From: Raillietiella orientalis
Taxonomy: Eukaryota
Direction of reading: 5' to 3'
Assembly: GCA_036172245.1 (NCBI GenBank)
Contig: JAYWIR010000051.1
Span: forward strand, 434,001-498,000
Length of the DNA: 64,000 nucleotides
The notes below the pieces were generated by a model. The model was not told where the DNA came from and made no database searches. It saw only the letters and a program-made list of their open reading frames with translations. This document shows positions 22,371 to 35,899 of the stretch, piece after piece. Within the stretch, counting starts at the first letter, position 1. Each line of letters begins with the position of its first letter. Both the position numbers and the translations under genes were made by a program.

Positions 22371-25300
22371 CTCCGCTTGGAGTCTATCGTTGCGCAGCGA
22401 GCACGGGGGTCGGTGGTGGGTACGGAATGGCGCCCCTCGCACGGGTGGTGGTGGTGGCGGTGGTGAGGGCTCGATCCGATCGGCAGGAACGCCATTTTCC
22501 AACATTTTCCGCCTCCTTCGCGGGGCCGGACGGGCGCCCCCGTTTCTTCGGTTCCGCCTGTTGGCCGCGAGGGCTCCTCGGGGCACCGTCCGGAAGAGGC
22601 CCCAGAGCGTGAGGACGCCTCACCGACTGACCACCACCACCGCGTCCCATCCGAGCAAGATCCGCGACACCGAGAGAGAGACGCCCGCTCGTAGCGTTCC
22701 CAAGTTCGCGTGAGGCGGTGAGGGCTTTCAGCCGTCTCATCAGGGCTTCCTCACAGATGCAAGAACAAAAAAAAATTGAAACGTCAAGCAGAAACACACG
22801 CATGGTGTGATGAACACATCTCTGTCAGGAGTTTTCGTTGAAGAAGAAGAAGGGAGGGGGGGGGGAAGAAAGACGAAAAAAAATGTACCTGCAACCACAC
22901 TACCAGTGGCCTGCAGTCGTGACTCAATTAAGATCGAGACGTATCTGCAGATTTGAGAGGACGATATCTGCCAGTTCGGAGAGCGTTTTCCTTTAAAGCG
23001 TTGCCAGCAAAAAAGAAAAAAAGCCAAAAGAAAAAACCCGCGGGTCCCCCGTCCGCAAAGACCGGCCCGTGCGAACGCGCGCGCTCCTCCGCACTTTCGC
23101 GCCTTCGAGGCGGCGGCGGCGCGTTTCCTAGGCGACGGCGACGACGCCGACCGAAGTTCCCGTTCCCCAACGCGCTCGGCGCTCCTCCGCAAATAAGTTA
23201 ACGAGCCGTTGTTAAGTAATTGCCGATCCCGCATCGCCGCAGCTACCAGACGGTTTTTCATGCCGCATTTACCTACGGCCAAAATAGGGCGAGCGCACTC
23301 CCCTCCCCCGGCCCGCTTCCCCGGGCTTCCCCGGCCGCCCGTATGCGAAACCCTTTCTTCCCTGCCCGGCGCGCCCGTTTACCTGGGAGGTTCCCGTGCG
23401 CGTTTCCTCGGGTGACGCAGGCAGCGCGGGCCGACGGGGCAGGAGGGCCAGCCCCCGCTTGACGGTTTCCCGCGATAGCCTGGCACGGGCGTGGTACGCC
23501 GGGAACGGGGGACGCCCGCTCGAGTTTGCGCCCCCTCCCTCGCGAGAGTGAGGAGGCCCGTTTCGGTGAGGGCTCTCCCGAAACGTTCCAGCAACTCTTC
23601 CCGGGAAAGGAACGCGGGCGGGCGGAAGGAAGGAAAGTGCGCACCGGGACGCGCGCGATCCTTCTTCCTGTCTTTCCCTTCCCTGCTTCTGTCTTCCAGA
23701 TGCGAAACTTTGCTGTTTAAGAGGGTTTTCTCGTTGTTGCTGTTGTTTGTTTGTTTGTTTTTAGCATCTTCGGCTCCGCGTTCCCTTGTTTTGCTTCTTT
23801 TGTTGTTTCCCATTTCTGCCAGGTCACTTTCGCTTCGAGTTCCTCTCTGGTCGGATTGTCTTGGACGGCCTCACTCTTTCACCTCCTTCCCCCCCCCCCC
23901 CCCAATTCATCGCTCCTGCATCGTTAAGCGACTCCTTTGTTTGCCGTGGTCAGGGAACACGCGCGCAGCATGCAGGAGCCACTCGCCACAGGAAAAAATG
24001 AATCATTCCGCGAGGGAGGGAATCGCCACCTATAAATCCTCTCCGTGGAAGCGGCGATGGCGTGCGAAGAAGCCTCCGCCGCCGCCAAGGCTGCTTGCTG
24101 GCTCGTTCCGTCCACCCCGTGCCGGTCTGGACGCTTTCCCTTTCGTTTTTCTCAGTGCGCGCGGCGTTTGGTGAGAAAAGCTGTCTCCTTCCTGCCGACG
24201 CTAACCGTTCTCTCAAGAGCTCTTTTTTTCTTCTTCTTCTTCTTCCTGCCCTGCTCCCGGTCCCAAAGTCCACACCTCACCTCATGCTGCGGGAGGAAAG
24301 CTTGCTGGAGGGAAAAAGGCGCGCACGCACCCGTCTTCGGCAGCAGAGGAACACCAGTCTCCTCGGTGCCTTCCTTCCACTTTTCGCGCGCGTGAGAAAA
24401 CCACCCGGAGGACGTCTCTTGAGCAACAGCCTGCATGCCTCGCAACGAGCGCGTTCCCTTCATCCCAGCGTCCATCTTAGTTTTAATTAGCAGTCAGATT
24501 CGTTTCCAAAAGCGTGAAAGATCAGGCCCTGCTTGATGTGCTTCCTTTAACGTCGTGGTTAACAGGTTAACTGCCAGGTGAGTTAAACGAAAGACGCTGT
24601 GTTTGCCGGGCTGGCAGTTGAGACGGCAATTACGGAATGCCAAACGCGTTTTTGAAAGACTGTAAGTAAACCTATTCGCCCTGGGAAACGTTCTTGACTG
24701 CCCCCCCCCCGCCCCCCGGGACATTTCAAGATTGCCCACCTCTTTCGCAACCCCCTAAATGAAATGAAAATTAACCCCCTTAATAAAAAAAAAAAAAAAA
24801 GGAAAAGGAAGAAGAAGACTTTCTCCACATTCTCTTTCGCCAATCGACTCTCGCTATTAATGCCGTTCCCGTGTTATTAATGCTCCTTGGAGTTTTCGCG
24901 ATGGAAATTTTGCTGCTCCGCAGATTCGGATGGCAGACTGCAGTCGTTTAACAGACAGATTAACGGAAAATGATGCAAACAGTCCCGTAATTGCAGATTG
25001 GAAATCATTATGCAAAACAACAAAAATTAATGACCTTGGCTGCTTTCCGAACCGAATGCAATAACTCTTTTTATTTTCCAAGTTATAATAAAATGAGGAA
25101 GAAGAAGCAAGAAACGATACCACTGCCTGGAAGCAGAACAAACGTTTGTTTTCCAAACTCAGGGCAGGCAATTGTTTTTATTGTACCATAAAGGTGACCC
25201 CAGGAGCCCAAATGGGGAACAGCACGAAACGGTGAACAAGATGGAATCCGTTAATGAAACGTTCGCAATCCGTTAGTTAATGGCCGGGGGAAAAAAAAGG

Positions 25301-25565
25301 AAGCGCATTTAGCTGTTTATTTATGGCGTATTTGATGAGACGTCACGTGGGTCGGGAATATGTGATTTGCAAGCAATGGTGACGTCTCTGATTTGCTGAT
25401 GAATCGCCCTTTTAATGCAGCGCAGCAGAGAAGGATGACTGGCGAAAATGGGAACACGCATTTCGTGGCCGTGATTTTTCAACCATCTTCGAAATTTTAT
25501 TTGAATTGGACTTTTAGCCGAAGCGATCGCTCCGCGAACCGGGCTTGGGGATCACTTAGGAGACG

Positions 25566-26190
25566 GCTTGAGCAGCAGACGGACCTTCAGGGCGGGTCGC
25601 GTTCTCCGCTGTTGCTGCGACCGTTCGCAGGCAGTTACGGAGTACTTGGTGCTTTCGCGTCCTCCTCCAATGCCCTTCCCCCCCTCCCCCCCATGTTTGC
25701 CCCTTTTCGGCAGCCTCCTCCGTGCGATGTGTCCCTGGTTCCTACTATTTGCATCGAAGATGGCCAGGACGGCTTTCAGTTCCACGCTCCCACCAGGCAG
25801 AGCGTCCCGATATGGCGGACACGTTGGGAGCACCGCTCCTCCGACACTCGAAACCTTTGCTCTCCACCTGCAGTCGCACGACACCCCGGGTGGCGGCGAA
25901 GCACGAGGGCAGGCTGTGCGCGAGGCGGCCTGGAACGGCAGAGGCACCGGGGCACGCGAGAACGGTCACACCAAGAGGACAGGGGAAAGGAAACCAAATG
26001 GGCGCAATTAGGAATGACGTCAAACTGGGGAAACGCCTTGAGCAGCGGCAGCCTGACTGTCGCAGGGAGGGTACGCGTTCTCCGCTGTTGCTGCCACCGT
26101 TCGCAGGCAGCTACGGAGCATTCGGAGCTTTCGCCTCCTCGAATGGTCGAACGCCCGTCCCCATTTGTCTTGCACCCAGAGGCATCTGTC
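25566..26190 (+). repeat. Diverged direct repeat pair (~25566-25735 and ~26036-26190)
   Basis: Core 'cgcgttctccgctgttgctgc(g/c)accgttcgcaggcag(t/c)tacggag' present in both copies, ~475 nt apart. Confidence 0.8.
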
Positions 26191-26746
26191 CTTCCTCTAG
26201 GAACGGGCCCACGGCCGACCCCTTACTGCGGGTAGGGGGTCAGCATTCGCCATGCAACGGCCACCCGCCGGCTACCGCGGTTGCGAAAGGCATCGTCGCC
26301 ACCCTCTTGGGGGCGAACGCCGACCGTCCCCTAACAAATCGAATCCGAGTGAAGGAGCCAACCGCTGGGACGGAGGCGCTGCAAGGACGCCTTCGGTCTT
26401 TGCGCCACGGACGGATCTTCCATGGGTCGTTTCCCGGACAACCCGGCAGAGGAAGAGGCTGCCTGTGGCGCGCTCACGGTCGGCGCACTCGGACTTACTG
26501 CCTTCCACCGAGACAAAGAGGGACCTTCCCGCAGACCGACTGACCTCCTTGGAGATCCACGAACAGGATGCGCGCGTTCGTGGGCCATGGGAACCTGGCT
26601 GCCCCCGCAGGATCGCCGGGGTGCGTCGGCGGAAAGCACCTCTTGTAACCACAAACAAACCCGGAGCGGGTGCACCCACTCCCCTCCCTCCTCTTTCCAG
26701 ACCCAGAACTGTCGACGAAGGTCGGCGATGATGAAACTACCTGCGC

Positions 26747-27195
26747 TGATTTTTGAGAGCATCCTCACGCGTGTCGCCGTGCATCCTCCACGCTCGAGAG
26801 TGAAAAACAGACCGGCGCGCGATTCCCACACGCAGAACCAACCAAGCAACGCTGCTGCACGGTCCTCCCCTGCGATGCGTGCATTTTACATCATGCATGC
26901 ATGCTGCCATTCCTGGAAGGACCCCGGAGAGAGGCCGGTGTCCTTCCAGGAATCCGGGAGCCCTTCGCGGGGTTCCCCTCCGGTCGCGGGCATGAAGTCG
27001 ACCCCCCTGCCGCGGAGGGACCCTTCCTCGCGGAGCTGGTTGCTGCCCACCGCGGGGGGCTGGTCCACTCTCCAGAGTGTTAAGAAGGAGCGCGCGCTGC
27101 TCTCTTCGGAGAACGGACTCTTCCGAGAAACTGGGAAAAGCGTCCCTTTGGCGTTCTCCTGGGATGGGAAAAGAAGAAGGAGCAGATCCTTTCCG
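26747..27195 (-). repeat. 449-bp inverted repeat, right arm
   Basis: Reverse complement of 20584-21032. Confidence 0.95.
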
Positions 27196-27350
27196 GGTTC
27201 CCTTCTGGGTGGTCCCTCCAGGTCAACCCCTAACTCGAAGAGTGACTCGCACCCTCGGGTGGCGTGGACAGCGTGTGAGAGCTTCGTGAGTCCCCCCCTA
27301 AGTGAACCAAAAAACCCGGAAAAAGGAGCAGCTGGATGGAAAAGAAAACC
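27196..27350 (+). repeat. Dispersed non-coding repeat, copy 3
   Basis: Similar to 16995-17180 and to the reverse complement of 20300-20515. Confidence 0.55.
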
Positions 27351-30300
27351 TCCAAAAGGATTTGCAGCAATCCTAGGCCTCTTTATATTTATACATATAT
27401 AAGCGGAGCCGAGACCAAGCCCCCTCTGAGGGTCGGATCAGCACGCCTTGGGAGCCGCTTTCGCTTCTTGCGCGTCGGGAGCCGACAGAAATTCGAGCCA
27501 GCATCACCCGGCTCCTGTTGCCACGGCAACCCCCCCTCGCTCCTGTCTTCGCTTTTGCGCCGTCCGCTTCCGCACTTACAAAATCGCGACCCTCGACAAA
27601 CATCCGATGCCACCTTTTCCACGTTACGAAACTCCCACTTGGATTCAGCGGCTGGATCTCTGAGATCTTCAAGTAAACAATGAGAAGAGGGGGGAAAGGA
27701 GGGAGGGAAAGAAGGCGCGCAGCTTGCGAGGGCGGTCGCTCCGAAGTGGACCGCGGGGAAAAGCGGGCGGAAAGCCCGGCCTTGTGGCGGTCGGGTGGCA
27801 CACCCCCTTGGCCCGTCCCGCCTTCATCTAGACGCGTCAATCAGGGTAATCCCGAGTTCCTGCGCGTGCGTCTCGAAATGTTCGACAGCGTACCTCTCTC
27901 CCTCCTCCCGGGTCTCCCGGTTACTTCCCTTAAGGCATCCTGGCGCTTCAGGCTGGGACACGTAGGGGACGGGAACTGCGCAGCGAGCGAGCGGGGATGC
28001 TGCGGAAACGCCGCCTGCCACTGCCAGCCATTCCAGCGGAGCTCTGAGCTGGTCCAGAAAGATGGGAGGAGGAAGAAGAAGAGCGCAAACCAACTGCGTG
28101 AAGTGCGCGTATCATGGCCGAATGCGCATCATCATCATCATCGATAGCTACTTGACAGCATCTCGCTGGATCTGTTCTCGCGCACGATCGAGCACGTTCG
28201 GGGGCGGCGGCTCTTTTCCGAGCGCATGCGCAACGCCGAGAAGCTGTCGGCTGCTTCCGTCGACGCTAATTTGGGGGGAAACCTCGGCGGAGTTGGCGCA
28301 ACTGGTGCTGCCGCTGCCGCTGCAGGAGACCCAGGAGGGGCGGGTGGGAGCGTTCCGTGTTCCGGGAAAACGGGACGCGCTCTGCTCGCCCCCCTTTTTT
28401 GTGCTTCCTCGACCGGGCGGAGGGCGTCGCCAGAGTCCTTCGATAAGCGCCCTTTTTTTCCCGGGCCTACGTTCCGCGGGCGCAGAGCTCCCCGAAGCGG
28501 TGGTCCGGAAGATGGTAGGTTCGCGGTCCTCCGAGGTCGAATGCCCTGGAAGGACGCTCTCCCCGTGCTTCCTCGGCGAAGATGAGACGGCCGGCCGGAA
28601 AGCTGCGGCACCCACAAGTTCAGCGCACGCCCTGACACACGCGGGAAGCGGCACGGAGGATGCGAAGGCATCCCCGAGGGAGGGAGGAGGGGGGGAGGAG
28701 TCGCGCGCCTGCGATAGGGAGCGCCTCGCCTCACCAGCTTCCCGCACCCGCGCTCCACGGCCGCAAGAGAAACGGTCCCATTTGCAGGACGCTCCTGAGC
28801 CTGTAAGGTCCTCCGCGACACGCGCGTTTTTCCGGGAGTGCCCGAAAGACGCGACCGCTCCAGGAAGACGACCGGTGCGCCTCTCGCGGTGCAAACCCCG
28901 CAGGCCGCAGCCACTCCGAGCGGAACCGGGCAAACCACCCTTCCGCCTGCCTCGGGTTCGCATACTCCCAGCATGGGGGAGTGCGGGGGGGGGAGTCGCG
29001 TGCGATGCACGCGGGGAGCTCCCGACGCTGCCTCCAGCGAGAAAACGGACCTATTCCGCGCGCCGCCGGGGCGAGACGCGCTTCCCTACCGCCTACGCCG
29101 CGCCGCACCAAGGCGAGACGCGCGCGGGAGCAGCGAGGAAGGGGGAGGAGGCGGCTGGATGTTCTCAGAGAGGCCGATCGGCGGCTGGCAGACGTCATGC
29201 GCCGGCCCGGTATTTCGGTCGCAGGAGAGGTCGCTGCCTCCAGCCGAACGCAACGGCCCTCCGGATTGTTGCGTCGGAGCTCCTGCGGATGTTCCCAAAT
29301 TGCGCGGGGCTCGAGGAGCGACGCGTGACGTCAGAGGCCAGATGCTCTGGAAAGGCGCCCGCAGAGGGGAACCCAGGCAGACCGTGGCAGCGGGAGGGAG
29401 CCGAGGAGGAAATGCGGTGGCAGCTCCGCGGTCGCCGACTCGCCTCCGCGACCTCGCAGAGTCGTCGACGCTAGGGAATGGGGGGGGGGGGAGGGGGGAA
29501 GGAGTGTTCGCCGCCATCGTACGGACGTCCGAAACGTGCACCGAGTTCCGCGGCAGATCCTCAGCGATGTCGCAACTCTGCAGCGGAGGAGGCGCTGCCG
29601 CGATCTCGCGTGCGTGCGAACTCGGGAAGCTAACGCACCTTTTTTCGTCTTTTTTTTTTTTTGTTCTTTCACCCTCCGATTCGCTCTGAATCGCAGCATC
29701 CAGCGAACGATCAATCACGGGACAGATTCCGACTCGATGAAAAAGCCTGCCGTTTCCACCCGACGGACCCAAGTCTAAAAGAACTTGGGTGGTAGCGATC
29801 CGGTCCCATCTATTAAAAAGATATTCGTCAGGCCATCGCTTATCAGATCTGGTGTATTGTTCACCACATTCATCACCTCCATCATCCTCATGAGAGGCAG
29901 CCATAATGATGAATCAACGGATGCAACAGCTTTTTTGTCGCAGGGCCGCCGCCGGTAGCGAAACGCACCAGGAAATGCCTTGGCGCGCACGCACTGCGCC
30001 TACGCACGCGTGCGCGCGCTCCTGCTGGTTGCTGTACAACAGAGATGCAGGTGAATAGCACACTCGCCGTGTACACGGCGCTTACGCATCTCACGGACAC
30101 GTGCACGCATTGCACGTGTGTTCGTACGGAACGCGCGCTTGCATCGACCCATAAGTCGCGGACGCGCTCGTCTGTCGGGCGGCGCGGAGTCGCCGTACAA
30201 AAAAAAATGTACACGCGGTCGGGCACGTGTCCCTTTCTCGTGTGCAGCGCGGAGATGCCGCAAAAAAGGCACACCGCGCGACACGAAGACACGCCTGACG

Positions 30301-32646
30301 GACTGCGAACGGGAAAAAAAAACAAACAAACGGACGAATCGTTCAAAAAGCAAAGGGGGGAAACCAAAAGTGCAGAGCCGCCGCCCGACATTTGAAGCCT
30401 CGACAGCTCCACAACCTTTCCCGTTCCCTCCATTCACGGCAAGGAGAGAAGGGGAAAAAGGGGAGGTCTCTCCGCAATTATCTTCATCGTGTCGAGGTTA
30501 TTTATTGACGCCACACTGCACTTATTTAACGAACGCTGCTGCTCTTGGCAGCGGCCTGCCCTTCGCCTCGGTCGCAAGATCGAGGAATTCGCTGCTGTTG
30601 GCCACGGGCGGAGGAGGCATCCCGCCCGTTCGGTTTGTGGATCGCCGATCCCGGGCCGGCCGGCTCGGTTGGCGCGGGGACTCGACTCGCCACGAGCGGT
30701 GCGCTGTGCCACCGCGCGGAAGGAGAGCACGCGGACGCGTCGCCTCGCGCAGCCTCTGCCAGGACCACGATCCTGGGATCAACCGAGGTCCGCGGAAAAC
30801 CCCGGGCGGCCGCCGCGTTCCTGAAGATCGGAAAGAAAAAAAAACACCGAAGGGCGGACGGAGCGAGGGTATGGCCAGGGGACAATCGCCCCAAGGCGCT
30901 GGAACGCAGATTTTTCCGCCGCCACCCCTGAAAACAACCTTCCCGGAAAGCGCCGCCCTTTCCGAAGCAGTCGCTAGGAAGACGAACGACGCCCCCAAAA
31001 CGAGGATGTCGTCAGCGGCGGGGGAGTCCGTTGAGAGCACGGCGGATGGCGTTCTTCATCTCCGAAGACGGGCGAAGGGAGACGCAGTGATGACGCGACC
31101 CGCCTATGGAGCGCGGCTCCACGGGACGGAGAAGCCCTTTTTCCGGAAGGAACGCGAGCAGGGAGCCCCGGGAAGGAAGCCTGCGAAACCAGCGGGCAGG
31201 CGTCACCCAGGGAGCGGACGAAAGGGAGTCGAAGAGAGACCGGGAGGTCCTCCGCGGGTCGGTCAATCGCGGGGGGAGGAAGGCGGGTGCTCCTCCCGAC
31301 GTCGAATCTCGTCCCCTTGGCGAGTCCCGTCCTCCCGGCTGAGGAGAGGAGGGAGGAACGGGGGAGGGGAACCGGGAACCCCTCTCCCGACGGACGTCTC
31401 GCCCTGTGCGAAGCGGCACGAGCGAAGCCACTGCCGCGGAGCAGCGCGGGGTTCCTGCGCGCGCCGGCGGCAGGACGCCTGGATGGTGGCCGATCTTCCC
31501 CGCCCGGGGAGGAGGGAGAGAGGAGACCGGAGAAAGGGAGAAAATCCTCGCGACGACCTCGCGCTTCTCTGCTTCGCCGAATCCGTGCGGACGAGGGTGG
31601 CTGCTCGGAGGGACGAGAAGACGCCGCAGCAGCGGAGGACTGCCCGATGGCTCGCGACGCTACGAGGAGGGCAGGAGAAACGAGAACCCGCGGGCACGTT
31701 TCCCGCACGCAGGGAGTTGGGGAGCAGCCCGCGAGGCTTTCCGGGAGGGAGCCGGCAAGACGCGACCACCGGAAGCATTCGAATGGCTCCTCGATTTGCA
31801 ACCAAATGGACGAGTATGTACAGGAAGCGATTTTAAGGATATACGCGTGTACACATCTTTGAAATTCGCTATTTTCGGCATATTGTTCAGGTATGTACAC
31901 CTGAGCAACATAATTTTACGCATGTACGGAAACATATGTATGCCTATACATCCTTGAAATTCGCTCGCCACTCCCGGCGCATCCGTACGTACACATACAT
32001 GTACGTGCATGTATGTGCGTTTTCCGGATTCCCCCATATCGCCCGGTGTGCTTCGTGACGGCCAGGACGGTCCGTGAGCGTTTTCGGACCCATTCCTTTT
32101 GACCCGCGTCCCGAAGGGTCACCCAGGAGAAATTTCTGCGCCGCCCTTGACGCTGCCTCCATTTTTATTACCCCCGTTTTTAGCGTGATCCGATCGCAAG
32201 GGAAACCGAAAGGCCATCGATGAGCGCCGTAAATCACCGGTGCAGGTACAAAGTCAAGTGGAATCGCATGGTCACTCTGCCCTCTTTTTATTCCTTTTTC
32301 CGTTTCATTTTATTTTTTTATTCGAGCGCGAAAAGAAAAAAAGAAGGGAAAAAGGGTGGGTGGGGAAGCAAAGCAAAACAAATGAAGTGATCAAATTCAT
32401 CAGAAATGAAATACAGTGAGCTGCATGGGGAATTTATAGGTCCGGCTTGTAAATATCTCTGGTTGCGAACGCTGCGCTCTTAGAGATCCACCCACCCACC
32501 CACCCCCCACACACACATTAATTAATCAGCGCGCAATTTTTGTTTCCAGGTTTCCTTTTTTTTCTTTTTTTGCTTCTCTGTGTCAGTACCACCGATCCTA
32601 ATCCTTTAATGAACTTGCTGTGAGCACCCGAAAGCAAGCGCACACA

Positions 32647-32650
<4 letters not shown>

Positions 32651-32717
<67 letters not shown>
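32651..32717. repeat. (TG)n microsatellite, ~33 units
   Basis: Directly visible perfect dinucleotide run. Confidence 0.98.
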
Positions 32718-32719
<2 letters not shown>

Positions 32720-35700
32720 ATACATATATGTGGGATTACGTATGTGTAATTTGATGAGGCCGCTCGATTGACGGATGCGGTGCAGCGTGTATTTGATTCG
32801 GTCGAGCGCCACGCTATTTGTGACGCGGCTCGAGCCGCGTTGCCATGGTTGCGGGGAACTCGACGCGAGTCCTCGGTGTGCGCATCCGTCATCTTCGATA
32901 TTCCAGGCTCGAGAACCGCGGTTATTTTTGCATACCTTTTTTTTCTTCTTCTTTTTCTTCTTCTCTTTCTTTCTTCCTTCTTATTTTTTTTTTGCGTTCT
33001 CCGCGAGATGCGCGGAATTTCTTGCTGGCTCGGAGCGAAACGCACGCACGCGTCCGGGCCCGACCGCGCCTCCCCGGCTGGATGGATTCCTCCCCCGTCC
33101 GTCCTGACCGCCGGTGTGCCTCCCCGCGCCCAATTAAGATTTTCCCCTCTCCTCCTCCTCCTCGCCTCTCGGTCCTCACGAAGCCGGACGCATCATTACG
33201 TCGACGTTCGCTTTCGAACCTCTCGACGGCAACTCTTCGTCTCGGATGCGGCGGCGGATGCCTCGTTACGTTTTACAGCCCATTCTGATTAAGAAATTCA
33301 GTCAGGTTTCACTTTTACGGGGGTTAGCAAGGACGCGCGCGGCTGTGCGAACGCTCTCTGTGGTGCACCGAATTCCCCCCCCCCCCTCACCCCTTGATCC
33401 GTTCCGCTTCCCCACGGGAAAAGCCCTAAGAATAAAACACCGCCGCCAAAGAAGCCACCAGTTGAAAGAGTTCCAGCAACGGAAGGCGCCGTTTCGACAA
33501 TTCTGCAGCATCCGGCTACAACGGACTTCTCCAGAGTCCCGAGGCCGCCTCCCCCTCTTTCCGTCCCCTGACCATCCCGCCTCGCGAGATGCGGGAGGGA
33601 CAGTGGACGGAAAGCCCTTCCTCGAGCACTCCTGGAAGGAGTGGCGGCTCGCGACGGGTTGCCGGGGCGCCGCTCTGCACGGGGTCGCCGCGTGCTCGAG
33701 GGGAACGGGGCAAAAGACGCAGGCGCTCCTCGGAGACCTCCGTAGGACGGACAGTGGCGCGCTGAACCCGCTACGCGCGGATTCGCCCCACCGCGAGCGC
33801 GCGGTTGAATCAGGGAAACGACAGTGCCGGGAGAATGGGGAAGAGGAGGAGGAAAGACGGGGGAAGAAGGCCCCCGTTGGCGCACTGCCTTGCCACAACG
33901 CCCACCTCGTTCCGCGCACTTCTTGCAGCATCCCGTCCGATCTGCTGTCATCGGGTGAACCACGTGACTGGGACGCGCGCTGCGAGGGCGGCAGATTCAG
34001 CCCTTTCGCGTGCGGAGTGAGCCACGGAAGGGTAGGCGCTCTCGGGAGCGAGCGGCGTGCCCTTGAGCGGCGACGGCAGGACGGGGCGACCCGAACCGAG
34101 CCGACGGCCAGCCGGCCGCACCGGCAGCCGCGCATGCGAAAACGGAAGTTGTGGAAACCTCCAGGAATTCGGAAAAGAGGGAGGTCGGCTAAGCGCCCGG
34201 CTGGGACGCCCTGCGGAGCGCCGCTCGCACGGGCCTGCGTGGCTAGGCACGGATGGCGGGGGAGGGGCCGAGCGGGGAGACGAAACCGGTTCCTCCCCCG
34301 CACGTTCGGATCGATGGGTGAGGCGTGCCTGGCCGGGGGAAGAGAGAGGAGCAAGGAGGAAGGGCGCGCGCGCGGGTCGATCCGTTCCGCCGAGGGTCGA
34401 CCGACCTGTCCAGCGCGAAATTCAAGGCGGAAACCCGAAAAAGCCAGTGAGAAGGAACGGAGAGATACCTGAGAAGCGGGCGGATAACCGGTGCCCCGTC
34501 CGGCAACGGTTGGGCGCCGCGGGGAGGGCGCGGAGCGGAGGCAACGCGCATGCACGCGGCCGAGGGCGCGCGCGACGGAGCGAAAACAGCAAAGCGGGTG
34601 GACGCCGCTGCAGAGGTCTCGCGAGCAAGGAAGCGTCGTCGATAGCCAGCGAGCGTAAACGCGGGCCGGATTGGGGAAGAAAAGGGGGTATCTCACCCCC
34701 CACCCCACCCCAAGACGGAGTCTGCACGTCATTTCGTCTATTAATTTCCGCCCGGCGTCACCTGATCGAATTCCATTACGGGCCGATAGCGCCATTTAAA
34801 TCTCTTAGCGAGACGACTGCGGAGGGGCGTTGCTGGGGAGCCCGAAGCGGGGGGAACTCATTTCTTCCATATGGAGAAGACGCGCGCGGCCATGAATCAG
34901 CTAGGGACAACGGAAAGACCCTGTCCGGCCGCGCTCCGTCTCCCCTGACAACCACGAAGAAAAACGTGGGAACAGCCGACTAACAACTCGGACTCGAGGC
35001 GGGAACGCGTCCACCTCGGATGCTGCTGCGGTCCGCCGACGCCCATGTAGCTGCTGGTGATCTGAGCCCGACCACGCGAGGAGGAACAAGCGCCTGACAG
35101 GCCACCTTCCTCGCCACACTCGGAACCGAAAGGCAGTCCGCGACGAAACGCGGCCGCCCTTCCTCCTTTGAGCGGGCGGTCCGCACTCGCTAGAAATCCC
35201 TCCTTCCCGAGCGAGAAGCGCAAAGAGATGTCTCCTGGATCCTTCCTTGCTCGAGAAGCAAAAACGGGTCCGCGCACCCCGCGTGAAAGGGAAGACCCCC
35301 GCGATCCCTCTGCCAAGTGACGAGAACAAAACGCAGCAGGACAGGAGGAACGCGCGTGCCTCGGGATGTGCAGCTTCCTTCTCTTTTCTGCTCGCGGCGC
35401 CCTCGGTGGCGCAGAAGCCCTCGTCTGCCGCTGCTGTTTCGGCTTGGCGCCGCAAATTCGGAGAAGCGCTCTCGCCCCGCCGGCAAGGAAGACGGAAACA
35501 GGAGGAGGAAACTTTTCGATTCTCCCGGATGAGCTCAGGATGCGTCGCACGGGAACAACTCTTCCCTGCGCCGGGAGTGCGGAGGAACACACCTGCGACC
35601 CAACTCGCGTATCGACCACAGAGGGCAAAGGAGCGTTCCCTTCCGAAGGAGAGACTGGCCTAGGGGAAGATCGAACGGGGAGAACGTGACCCGACCCGTA

Positions 35701-35899
35701 CGGACCCAGGGATAGAAGGCAGCACGTTGCAAGTAGTCCGAGGATGGAGGAGGCTGCCTCGGGTCGTGCGTTGAGGTTCGCAGCAGGCGGTGGGTGACAA
35801 GCGGCGCCGTCTTCTGAAGACTGCAGCAGCCACCCACAGTCTCTTTCTTCATGCGCCTAGCAAGAGGAGGACCGATGAGCGCGCGCGCAAGAAGCACGG

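Noticed and set aside
20584..27195. Autonomous TIR DNA transposon
   Set aside because: No transposase-like ORF inside, no TSD at the outer ends, and homology fades outward rather than ending sharply.
29740..29940. Lower-GC patch with coding-like look
   Set aside because: No recognisable motif or consistent splice sites; stops in candidate frames; possibly an old TE fragment.
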